Below are positions 52,883 through 64,000 of a stretch of DNA of 64,000 bases, in pieces. The notes beneath the pieces were generated by a model. That model had not been told where the DNA came from and searched no databases. It saw only the letters and a program-made list of their open reading frames with translations. Both the position numbers and the translations under genes were made by a program. How positions within the stretch are numbered: the stretch's first letter is position 1; the number at the start of each line of letters is the position of its first letter. Source of the stretch: the human T2T-CHM13v2.0 reference genome, Homo sapiens; assembly GCF_009914755.1 (NCBI RefSeq), contig NC_060933.1. One strand, given 5' to 3'.

Positions 52883-55250
52883 GTATATGTATAAATATGT
52901 ATCATAAATAATATAAAAATATATATCATAAATAATATAAAAATATATATCATATAAATATATCATATATAAATATATATTATATAAATATATATTTAAT
53001 ATATTATATAAATATATATTTAATATATTATATATAACATATTAATGTTATATATTAATATGTATATTATAAACATATAACATGTAAATATATATTTAAT
53101 GTGTTATATATATTATATATAACACATTAAATATATATTTACATGTTATATGTTTATATAACCTATATATATTTATATATTATATAATATATATTATATA
53201 ATATATATTTAATATATTATATAAATATATATTATATAAATATATATTTAATATATTGTGTATCATATATACATAATACAGAAATATATATTTATCTATT
53301 ATATATTATATAAATATATATTTAATATATTACATATATTATATTTGTAAGAAATAAATTATATTAAGTATATATTAAATTATATTAAAATTAATATATG
53401 TATATCTTACATATGTATTTACAATATATAAATATATTTATAAATATTTTATATATAATATGTTATATAGATATATATTTATATAAAAATATAAATATAT
53501 TATATTAAATAATATATATGATATATAATATATCCTGTACATTATATATTATATATATTATGCATTTTATATATAATTATATATTATATTATATATAATT
53601 ATATTTTATATTATATATTATATGATTATATTTTATATTATATATTATTATGTATATAATATGTATATAATATATAATAAAGATAATACAATGTATTATA
53701 TATTATATATTATACATATAATAAATAATATATTATATATAATATTATATTATACATTATATATCATATCTATTATTTAATATAATACTATATATTATAT
53801 ATTATTATATTATATATTATTTAATATGATATTACAGTTATATTATAATATATTAAATATATTATTCATATTATATACATACTTTATATATCTATTTAAT
53901 ATTTCATATATAAATTTAAATATTTAATATATAAAATTAAATATAATAAATATATTTTATATTATATTATAATATATTAAATATATTATTTAATATATAA
54001 TATGAATATTATATATCTCATATATAATATATAATATGAATATTATATATCTCATATATAATATATAATATATATGTATGTAATATATATCACATAATAT
54101 ATTACATTAAATATATTACATAGTATACATAATATTACATATATATTACATTGTATATATTACATAATGTATATAATATGTATATATTACCTAATATTAC
54201 ATAATATACATTATGTATATTACGTAATATAACATAATGTATGTTACGTAATGTAACATAACATAATGTATATTACGTAATATACATAATGTATATTACG
54301 TAATATACATAATATGTATATTATGCAATATACATAATATATGTAATATACATAATATATGCAATATACATCATATGTATATTACGCAATATACATCATA
54401 TGTATATTACGCAGTATACATCATATGTATATTACGCAGTATACATCATATGTATATTACGCAGTATACATCATATGTATATTACGCAGTATACATCATA
54501 TGTATATTATGCAGTATACACCATATGTATATTATGCAGTATACATATGTAATATACGTATGTATATTATGCAATATACATATGTAATATACGTATGTAT
54601 ATTATGCAATATACATAATATATGTAATATACTATGTATATTATGTAATATACATAATATATGTAATATACATAATATGTATATTATGTAGTATACATAA
54701 TACATGTAATATACATATTCATATTATGTAGTATACATAATACATGTAATATACATATTATGTATATTATGTAGTATACATAATACATGTGATATACATA
54801 ATTTGTATATTATGTAGTATACATAATACATGTAATATACATAACATGTATATCACGTGATATACATAACATGTATATCACGTGATATACATAATACGTA
54901 TATACCTATATTTATATATAATCTGATATATAATATATATTATATACATATATTTATATATTATATAATTATATGTTATAATATATAGTATATATAACAT
55001 ATACAATATATTATGTTATATATATTATATATAATCATATTATATAATGTAATATATATTAAATATATATATTATATGCTTATTATATATTATATATTAT
55101 AATTATATACTTATATATCATTAATATATATATTATATAATTATAATATATAATACATTATATGTAATTATATAACATATAAATATATATAATACATGTT
55201 TATATATAAATATATAAATATTATATATAAAATATATGTATATATACATA
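52883..55250. repeat. ~2.4 kb TA-rich low-complexity tract containing a 25-bp minisatellite (GCAGTATACATCATATGTATATTAC, ~54361-54535) and related longer units to ~54900
   Basis: Almost entirely A/T with TATA/TAATA motifs; tandem 25-mers visible directly and responsible for the repetitive ORFs 54359..54691 and 54375..54587. Confidence 0.95.
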
Positions 55251-56566
55251 AAATAAATCTCCTTCAGCTAATTTTAACATAAATCACCTTTAAAGTATGT
55301 CTCTTGAGTGTTCCTTGGACTCTCTACTTGATCAGCGCTCTACCTTTCAGAGTAGCTCGTTTTTGTCTATGACTAATATGGCTTTTAGAAAATGTTTTTT
55401 AGAATATTTTGCCTTTCATAAAATGTGTTTCTTACATCTAGTTTTAAACTGTGCCAATATATCATCTAAAATTCTAGTTTCATATCTTGTTTTGTCCCCA
55501 AAATACCAATATCTATTATACTATTCCACTCTAAATACCTCTGTAACCAGATAAGATAGAAAGACAGAAACTAATCTCAACTTCTAATTCCCATTAAGGC
55601 TCAGGTCTGGAAATTATATATATATCTAATTGTATATATATAATATGTAAGTATATATACATACATATGTATGTGTATATGTATCAATTATCTATCTATA
55701 TGGATTTTGATAGATAATTGGTAATTCACAGTATCAATTATATATACAGATTTAGATAGATAATTGATATTATCTATATCTACATATACACATTTATGTC
55801 TCAGATATAAGTATAGACATAGAATTTTTCTATCTGGTATATTAAAAATGAGTTATTTTCTAATGGTTAAGAAACAGACCTGATGGAGCATAATGTATAT
55901 CATATATAGATACCTAATTGGGAACAACTTAAATAAAAGCTGATAAATTATTGGGTAAACAGAGTGGCCTAAATAAGATTCAGAGAAAGCAGCAGTCACT
56001 GGCCACAGAGGTTCAGCACAATGCTCCAGGAAGAAGCTCTGGGACAGCTTTTCTCTCTAGCACATTGCCATGGAAGATCTATGCCTGCTGCTCTTTCTAG
56101 ACAGAAAAATAAGACAGGATTTTAATAAATTATAATTTCAGTAGTTGTCACATGCATATGTGTGTCCACAAGCCATTTATCCCATCAGTGTTCTATTTTC
56201 TGCTATTTACTACTACTAGGGCATTTTATATTCTAGTATAGGATGTTTTGTGAGAGGAGCCACTATTTTTTAATCTCTATCCGTGACCTATTAATTTCAG
56301 GTTGTTGTTGTACCTGGTCATTAATCATTGTTTATAAAAGGAGACAAGAAAGGAAAATTAAAATTTCATATGGATTGATTCAGTTGATTTACAAGGAAAG
56401 ACAACTTCCTCTTAGGAAGAGGTATTTTGTCTTAGGTAAAGTAACTTAATGGCATAACAGATGGCTGAACATGAAAGATGAGGCCCCAGTGCATAGCACA
56501 TATGGAAGTTTACATTAGAAAAAAATAATTCATCTACATAAGAGATAAACTTTTTGTTTTTGAAAG

Positions 56567-56644
56567 GGAAGGAAAATAGCTGGCATTTCTTGCTGGAGAA
56601 AGTTATCACAAGTGGAAAGGTTACCCTAGAAACAAAAGATATAA
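56567..56644 (+). other. CYLC2: Weak candidate internal 3'-UTR exon
   Basis: tttttgtttttgaaag| acceptor. The 3' end is ambiguous: GAT|ataagt at 56640 (one base from GTAAGT) or TAA|gtaaac at 56644. Confidence 0.3.
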
Positions 56645-57374
56645 GTAAACTGAAATTTACCCTTATGTGTAATAGCCATCTAATTTTAGAACAATGATGT
56701 TTAATATGTAATTTAAAGGTTTTTTTTTTTCATGTTGTTTTCATCTGCTGTCCCATACCTGCAATAAAAGTCATTTGAGTAAGTGGCTTTGCTTTGATGA
56801 TACTTAAGGGGAAGAAATGGAGAATTAATTGGGCTAAGCATGATAGTAAAGAGGAGAATGGGATTTCAAAAGGGGATTTAAGGTGGGTGGCATTTGAGAA
56901 GAAAGCTTAAAAATGAAAATTATTAGAATATGTCCTAGTAACACCCAACTTTCCCTAAATTCAAAAAATATTACAAAGTTGGAAAATATTAAAGTTCATC
57001 ATAGTTTAAATTTTCCTATTTAAACAAAGTAAAGGGCATCTGCAGAATGTTGAAAGTTTGAAACTTCATGGACTTATTTATTTCATAAAGGGCTCTCTAA
57101 CTTCTACACAAATTAGAGTTTTAGTTAATTGCTCCTAATTTGGTTTACTGAATAAATTGATCTGAAATAAAGTATGCTTTTCAATTATGTTTAGCAAGTT
57201 TCATTCATCTCTTCAGAAACTTCTGTTTCATTTCCTCCATTTATACAAACCTACATGTTAACATATTCACAATATCTATTTTCCTAAACCCAGGACAAAG
57301 AATATCAATTGGACCCTCTGTAACTTTTCCTAGATATAGTTGGTAACTTTTTCTTAGAATGTATGCATTAGGGG

Positions 57375-57727
57375 TAGACTGGTTTGCTAGGACTGCCATG
57401 ACAACAAACCACAGACGGGGTAGCTTAAATAATAAGCTGTTTTCTCAGTGTTCTGGAAGGCTAAAAGTCCACAATCAAGATATTGGCAGCGTTGATTTCT
57501 TCTCAAGCCTCTCTCCTTGGCCTCTATGTGGCTATGTTTTCCCTTTGTCTTCACATGGTCTTTCCTCTGTGTGGATCTGTGTTCTAATCTCTTGTAAGAC
57601 CCGTCATATTGCATTACGGTCCATCTTAATGACCTCATTTAACCTTTATTACTTCTTTAAAGGCCTTGTGTACCCAGTCACATTCTGTGGTGCTGGAAGT
57701 TAAGACTTCAACATGTAAATTTCAGGG
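57375..57727 (-). mobile_element. MLT1A/B-type MaLR LTR
   Basis: gctaggactgccatgacaacaaaccacagac ... gttctggaagg ... aagacttcaacatgtaaatttcaggggagacaatt. Confidence 0.8.
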
Positions 57728-58003
57728 GAGACAATTTATCCCACAACGAAGGTATATGAGATCAGTTTTTTATTTTTAATCACTCAGAAACCTAAGGTTC
57801 TGAAGTAGTATCTTCAGTTGAGGAATTTGTACTCATTTTTTGGTAGCAACTCTAATTTGTTTAAACAATGAGGAGAACTTTATGACATAATTGAAATCCA
57901 TGTATTTTCAGACCTTCAGCATTTGGTAGATGCCCTTTACTTTACCACTGCTTCCGGGAGAAGCTTAAGCATCTCATTTGACTCTGATTTGATTGTGTTC
58001 CAG

Positions 58004-58167
58004 GACTACCGTGAAGATGGATTGGACATTACACCACACTGGAAAAGTGAAACATCTCATTCAGTTGGTGATCTTCCTGTCATGAAAGTTGCTTGACAGC
58101 TCTAATTACGAATTGAACACATTAAACACCTGGTGAAATTATCAATTAAAAACATCTACTCACCATA
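58004..58167 (+). other. CYLC2: Candidate terminal non-coding exon with poly(A) signals
   Basis: gattgtgttccag| acceptor (alternative tgtattttcag| at 57911), ATTAAA at 58121-58126 and 58145-58150, followed by GU/U-rich gttatttgtgtct. End coordinate estimated. Confidence 0.55.
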
Positions 58168-58999
58168 GTTATTTGTGTCTAAGTTTCAGTGAGTTATGAC
58201 CTACCTCATAACCACCTACACATGGTTGTCAATGGCACTGGTTTTGCTAAATTATTAAAACAGTCTTTGTTAAAATTACTTAATTTTCCTATCGTTCTAC
58301 CTGGACCTGGTCTTCAGTTCAGTATGGAAGGTATGGAAGAAATCTGTTCTCCTTTACCACACAATTTCTTTATCAGAACTAGTAGCTTCTGTCATTATAA
58401 AGCTGGGTTAAAGTGCATACCACACTGAGGCTTGCTCAAAGTTTGCAGTCGTGTGTATGACATTATGCCCTGATTTCAACACTTTTCATTTTATGTTTTT
58501 CTATTTTTGTAATTTGGGTTGGTTCTTATATAGATTTAAAATTTTTCATTTACTGTAAGCTACCATTCCCAGAATTCCCTCTTTAAAAGATTGATTTCTG
58601 CTTGGATTATCTGAAGATATCTAAAGATAAAGAATTCAGGCCCCTAGTTCCTAGTTTTTCCCACTATATCATCTCTCTCCTTGACAGTTTGCAGTTTAGC
58701 AAATAAATTTTGTGGACATGTAGCCCTTTTGAGTTAACACAAAACCTTCATCAGTTTTCTTGTCAAGAAAACTAAAACCTATATTATTAATATCAAGCCA
58801 TTAAAATTTCTTCTTAAAGGGATCACTTTTGAATTTTAAATATTCTTCAAAGCAAATTTACACCATTACAATCTGGCCCTGATTTTATTGTTCAATCTTA
58901 TTCCCATATTTCTTCTTTTCATCTTTCTACTTTACTTTCTTTCCATCTTACTACTCCATTTTTTTCCTTCAATCCAACAAAACATGCCAACATTCCTTT

Positions 59000-60330
59000 T
59001 TTATTTTTTGTAAACAGTTTTGAGGTAAAATTGATATTAAGAAGCTGAATATATTTAATGTACTTTATTTAATGAGTTTGGCATGTGAACACATCCTGAA
59101 GCCATCACTATAATCAGGGAATAGACATATTCATCTCCAAAAATTTCTGGGGTTTTTTGTTGCTTTCTTTTGTTTTGTGGTAAACACTTAACATGAGATC
59201 TGTCCTCTTAACAAAGTTTTAAGTTTGTAACACAATATCGTTGACTGTAGGTACTATACTGTTGAGCATATGCATAGAAGTAATTCAGCTTAAATAACTG
59301 TAACTTTATACCACATCCCCACATGCTCCTTCCCCTGGTCCCCAGTAACCGCCTTTGTACTTTGTATTTTCTAATTCCATGAGTTTGATTATTTTTGGTA
59401 TATCATATATGTAGAATCATGCAGAATTTGTCCTTTTGTGACTGACTTACTCAGCATAATGTCGTTAAGGTTTATCCATCTTGTCACATATGGCAAATTT
59501 TCCTCTTTTTAAAAACTCTGAATAATAGTCTGCTGTATGTCTGTATTACATTTTCTTTATTCATTCAACTGTCAATGAATGAGCTGTTTCCATAGCTTGA
59601 CTATTGTAAATAGTGCCACAATGATCATGGAAGTATAGATCTCTTAGAGATTCTGATTTCAATTATTTTAGGTAGATACCCAGGAATGAGATTGCTGGAT
59701 CATATAGTCTTCTATTTTTAATTTGTGGAAAACTTTTCATACAATTTCCCGTAGCAGCTGCACCATTTTTGAATTGTCAGCAAGAGTGAGATAGGTTTCA
59801 AATTTTTCCGTAACTTCACTAACATTTGTTATGTTTTGTTGATAATAGCCACCCTAACCGATGCAAAGTGATATCTCATTATGATTTTATTTTGTAATAC
59901 TCTGATATTGATGTTGAGCATTTTTTCATATACCCATTGACCATCTGTATGTCTTTTTGATACATGTCTATTAAGATTTTTACCCATTTTTAAATGAAAT
60001 TATTATGCTATTGAGTTATATGACTTCCTTATATATTTTGTATATTTCTTATTATATACATGGTTTGCAAATACTTCTTTAATTTCATATGTTAAGTTTT
60101 CACTGTACTGATTGTTTCTTTGCCGTACAGAAGCTTTCTTAGTTTGCTGTATTTTCTTGTCTATTTTTTTATTTTGGTGGCATATCTAAGAAATTATTGC
60201 CTAGCCCAATGTCAATAAGATTTTCTCCTGTACTTCCTTACAGCAGTTTTACAGTTTTAGGTCTTACATTTAAATCTTTAATCTATTTTAATTTGATATT
60301 TGATTATGGTATAAGGGTCCAATTTAACAA
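59000..60330 (-). mobile_element. L1MA/L1MB-type 3' region
   Basis: Antisense L1 3' UTR and ORF2 end (gattgctggatcatat ... gtgatatctcatt ... tttacagttttaggtcttacatttaaatctttaatc). Confidence 0.8.
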
Positions 60331-60689
60331 TTCTTTTTTTTCCCCAAAATATATTTTAAACTTTCCGTCTTTGGTGTTTTTACCAAACTGTTTACTTGAC
60401 CTGGAATATCACTTTCTTTTATTGAATTTGTCAAACATCTGTATATTTTCCAATGTCCCTATTTAGACAGTAGCTTCACAGGAAATTTCCAGATCATCTT
60501 CTATAATCTGTGCCTAATTCTCTAGATGGGTATCTGATAAGGAGATTGACATATTTCCCTATCTTTATAAGCAGGAATCAGCAAAAATATTTAAAATATT
60601 ATAATTCTTTCTTAGGACCAGTATTTAAATTCTCCATCAATTTATCTAAACAAGGTTGACTTCATTGCAATTTGATCAGTGAAGCTGTG

Positions 60690-61126
60690 TCCGGACCAGT
60701 GCTCAAAATGCCCTGCACCTGGAGTAAATATTCTGCAGACATCATTTTGAAAATATTAATATTTTAATTTTTGAGCATCTGTATTGCAAATGAAATCCCA
60801 CCAGACAATGTGGGCTGGGAGGAGGTAGGGTCAGATCCAAGTGAGGGCCCTGAAGGATCTGGAGATGGGAAAGGTAGCAGCCTTCTCTGACTCAAGTAGC
60901 CAGCTCTATTGGGCCATCCAACAAGATTTGCTAGCACCTCTCATTCACTCCCATCCACATACTAAGCACATCCTCTCATGGCATCTGCAATCCCTTGGTG
61001 GTTTTCAAGCTGCCATGGTTTGGAGTGGTGAGCTTTGGGAGAAAGGGAGACTGACTTCCTGTCACTGGCCAGAGTTTTGCATTTTCATTTTGTATTGAGC
61101 CCCTCAAATTATGTAGTTGACGAGCC
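60690..61126. mobile_element. MER45-like hAT-Tip100 DNA transposon
   Basis: Terminal motif cattttcattttgtattgagcccctcaaattatgtag. Confidence 0.55.
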
Positions 61127-61224
61127 TCTAATATATCTCCCAGCAACAATCTAGTCAATGATTAATTCTATACTAATTATTCTAAGGTAATTGAAGTTCT
61201 CTTTTCCCCTGATATTCACACAGT

Positions 61225-61520
61225 TTTGTTGTGTTTTGTTTTAACACAGTCTCACTGTGGATTGCCCAGGCTGGAGTGCAGTGGCAGGATCATGACCTCC
61301 TGGGCTGAAGCAATCCTCCCACCTCAGCCTCATGAGTAATTGGAAACACAGGTGTGTGCCACCACGCACGGCTACTTTAAATTTCCTTATTTTTTTTTTT
61401 GAAGAGATGGGTTCTCCCTATGTTTCCCAGGCTTGTTTTGAATGCTTGGGTTCAAGCTGTCCTTCTGCCTTAGCCTCCCGAAGTGTTGGGATTACAGGTG
61501 TGAGCCACCATGCTAGCCTC
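61225..61520 (-). mobile_element. AluJ-like element
   Basis: cccaggctggagtgcagtggc ... gaagtgttgggattacaggtgtgagccacc. Confidence 0.85.
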
Positions 61521-61850
61521 ACATGGCTTAATACCAAATTAAACAATAGCAACACAGAAGGTTAAAGACATTCCATAGCCATTGATTACATTTCTTTTTC
61601 TCTTAAATGGTTTCAAGAAATACTGTTATTGTATTAAATTGAACTAATATTATTCTGAAGACAATATTTATATGTGCCTAAATAATTAGAAAGCATATTA
61701 TAAATGTAATCTGAGAAAAAATATTCTATATTTAAAAGTTGTAAAGAGACATTTCAATGTAATGTGGTAGACAGAACATGTGTCTAGATTCTAGACTTCC
61801 TATTTTCTACCTGTGTATTATTGAAATATTTTTGTTTCCAAATCTTAACT

Positions 61851-61866
<16 letters not shown>

Positions 61867-61881
<15 letters not shown>

Positions 61882-62177
61882 ATTTTTTTTAATTTTTTTT
61901 TTATTATACTCTAAGTTTTAGGGTACATGTGCACATTGTGCAGGTTAGTTACATATGTATACATGTGCCATGCTGGTGCGCTGCACCCACTAACGTGTCA
62001 TCTAGCATTAGGTATATCTCCCAATGCTATCCCTCCCCCCTCCCCCGACCCCACCACAGTCCCCAGAGTGTGATATTCCCCTTCCTGTGTCCATGTGATC
62101 TCATTGTTCAATTCCCACCTATGAGTGAGAATATGCGGTGTTTGGTTTTTTGTTCTTGCGATAGTTTACTGAGAATG
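61867..62177 (-). mobile_element. 5'-truncated L1HS, pre-Ta subfamily (ACG/G), inserted in an (ATTT)n run
   Basis: Minus strand reads gctagatgacACGttagtggg (61994-61996) and aaaacttaGagtataa (61911); near-consensus with intact CpGs; (attt)n on both sides serves as TSD. Confidence 0.9.
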
Positions 62178-62879
62178 ATTTATTTATTTATTTAAACCTA
62201 AAAACGTGCCTGAAAATTTACTTTCTCAATAAATCTTAGTCACTTTCTCTCTCTAAAATAATTATCTTCATTTTTAACTTGGAAAGCTTATTGAGCTGCT
62301 AATTAGCTCCTAAAATATGTCCCATAGGGCATGGATATAAATCAGAACATTGAAACAAAAAGAACAAAATTAATCCTCAAAATTAAGTGGAAAATTTAGA
62401 CTTCCCAAAGGATCTGAGGAACGAGTAGATGGGGCCTTAGAGAAAAAAAGAGGCAAAAACAGAAGATGATATAACTGGCATTCTATACATATTGATGGTT
62501 AGGAAGAATCGCAGAAAGACTTTTTAGGAAAATGGGTGAACTTTTAGTAGTTATATGGTAATGGTATACAGTAACCCTCATTAAAATATCCACCATACTC
62601 TTAAAAGTAATAAGTAGGCAAAGCTTTAAGCTGTAAGTTTGTACAGAATGACTGATGTGTGCCATGGTGGAGTTCCATGGTAACTAATGAGCGTGGCATA
62701 GTTTATCAACTGGATAAATTCATCAGGAGTAGGAACTCAGTCCAAATCTGTAAGCTCCCTGTACTTGTACTTCTTTGCTGGAGAAAATGAAATAAGAACT
62801 AGCACTAAAAAATAGGAAATGCCTAGATCATATTAAATATATAACAGATACTATTATATATGACAAGAAACTACACTGA

Positions 62880-63030
62880 AACAGATTCTATCAACATACA
62901 AATAGAGAACCTGAGGCACAGAGAAGTGCTTTTCCCACTATCCCACAGATTATAAGGGGTAAAAGCAAGATTTGAACCATGACTCTTCATCTCTAGACCC
63001 CATGCTCTTAATCACTACATCATAGAACCT
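62880..63030. mobile_element. MIR fragment
   Basis: gaacctgaggcacagagaagt ... agatttgaacc ... tgctcttaatcactac. Confidence 0.65.
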
Positions 63031-63052
63031 CTCTGCACTGATTCTTAGTTTG

Positions 63053-64000
63053 TGATATGGTTTGGCTCCGTGTCCCCACCCAAATCTCATCTTGTGGCTC
63101 CCATAATTTCCACATGTTGTGGTTTCAGATGGAGATGAGGAACTTGTTGAGAACCGGAGCAAAGGTGACATGTATTATGTTTTAGTAAAGAGACTGGTGC
63201 ATTTCATCCCTGCTCTAGAGATTTGTGAAACTTTGACCTTGAGAGAAATGATTTAGGGTATCTGGCGGAAGAAATTTCTAAGCAGCAAAGTGTTCCAGAA
63301 GTGACTTGGGTGCTGTTAAAGGCATTCAGTTGTACAAAGAAAGTAGAGCATAAAAGTTTGGAAAGTTTGCAGCCTGACATTGCCATAGAAAAGTAAATCC
63401 TATTTTCCGAGGAGAAATTCAAGCTGGCTGCAGGAATTTGCACAATTAACAAGGAGCCTAATGTTAATGGCCAAGACATTGGGGAAATGTCTTCAGGGCA
63501 TTTCAGCAGTCTTCACAGCAGCCCCTCTCATCACAGGCCTGGAGATCTAGAAGAAAATAGTGGTTCCATGGCCCAGGCCCAGGATCCTCATGCTGTGTGC
63601 AGTCTGGGGACTTGGTGCACTGTGTCCCAGCCACTCAAGCTATGGTCGAAAGGAGCCAATGTAGAGCTTGAGCTGTGGCTTCAGAGGGTGCAAGTTTCAA
63701 TCCTTGACAGCTTCCATGTGATGCTGAGACTCCAAGTGCAGAGAAGTCAAGAATTAGGGTTTGGGAACCTCCGCCTAGATTTCAGAAGATATATGGAAAT
63801 GCCTGGATGCCCAGGCAGATGTTTGTTGCAGGGGCAGGGCCCTCATGGAAAACCTCTGCTATGGCAGTGCAGAAGGGAAATGTGGGGTCAGAGTCCCCAC
63901 ACGGAGTCCCTATTGGGGCACTGCCTACTGGAGCTGTGAGAGGAAGGCCACAGTCCTCCACACCCCAGAATGGTAGATCCACTGACAGCTTGCACCATGC
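63053..64000 (+). mobile_element. THE1 element: first ~70 bp of the LTR fused to THE1 internal sequence, running off the window end
   Basis: tgatatggtttggctccgtgtccccacccaaatctcatcttg (THE1 LTR start), then tcagatggagatgaggaacttgttg ... (THE1-int). Confidence 0.88.

Noticed and set aside
54359-54691. Regularly repeated ~25-bp units and repetitive ORFs (CRISPR-like at first glance)
   Set aside because: Head-to-tail minisatellite with no unique spacers, in human DNA with no cas genes.
63487-63982. 150-aa ORF and neighbours
   Set aside because: THE1 internal sequence; a common spurious ORF.

Overview
AT-rich, repeat-dense human genomic DNA; a human-specific L1HS pre-Ta insertion supports the species call. 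The only supportable protein-coding gene is CYLC2 (cylicin-2, sperm calyx/perinuclear theca protein) on the + strand. Its five coding exons (35228-35244, 41424-41464, 42985-43106, 44538-44694, 44812-45521) splice through canonical GT-AG sites into 1047 nt (348 aa + stop), beginning [33 protein letters not shown] and ending in KKD repeats. The rest is mostly L1, Alu, MaLR (MST/MLT1/THE1), MER52, hAT MER elements and a ~2.4 kb TA-rich tract. Nearly all track ORFs are repeat-derived noise. I found no new multi-gene system. The most interesting signals are within CYLC2. (1) The 3' UTR of exon 5 looks like a decayed, formerly coding C-terminal tail resembling the paralogue CYLC1 and keeps its splice donor. 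(2) This places the stop codon ~680 nt upstream of 3'-UTR introns (NMD-type architecture), one candidate exon being an exonised antisense Alu. (3) The 117-nt intron 4 may be intronised coding sequence and has an 87-bp, ~90% identical copy beyond exon 5. Several DNA-repair and retrotransposition scars are also readable. Repeat subfamily names and boundaries are by-eye estimates, and comparisons to CYLC1 use my recollection of that protein and need alignment.
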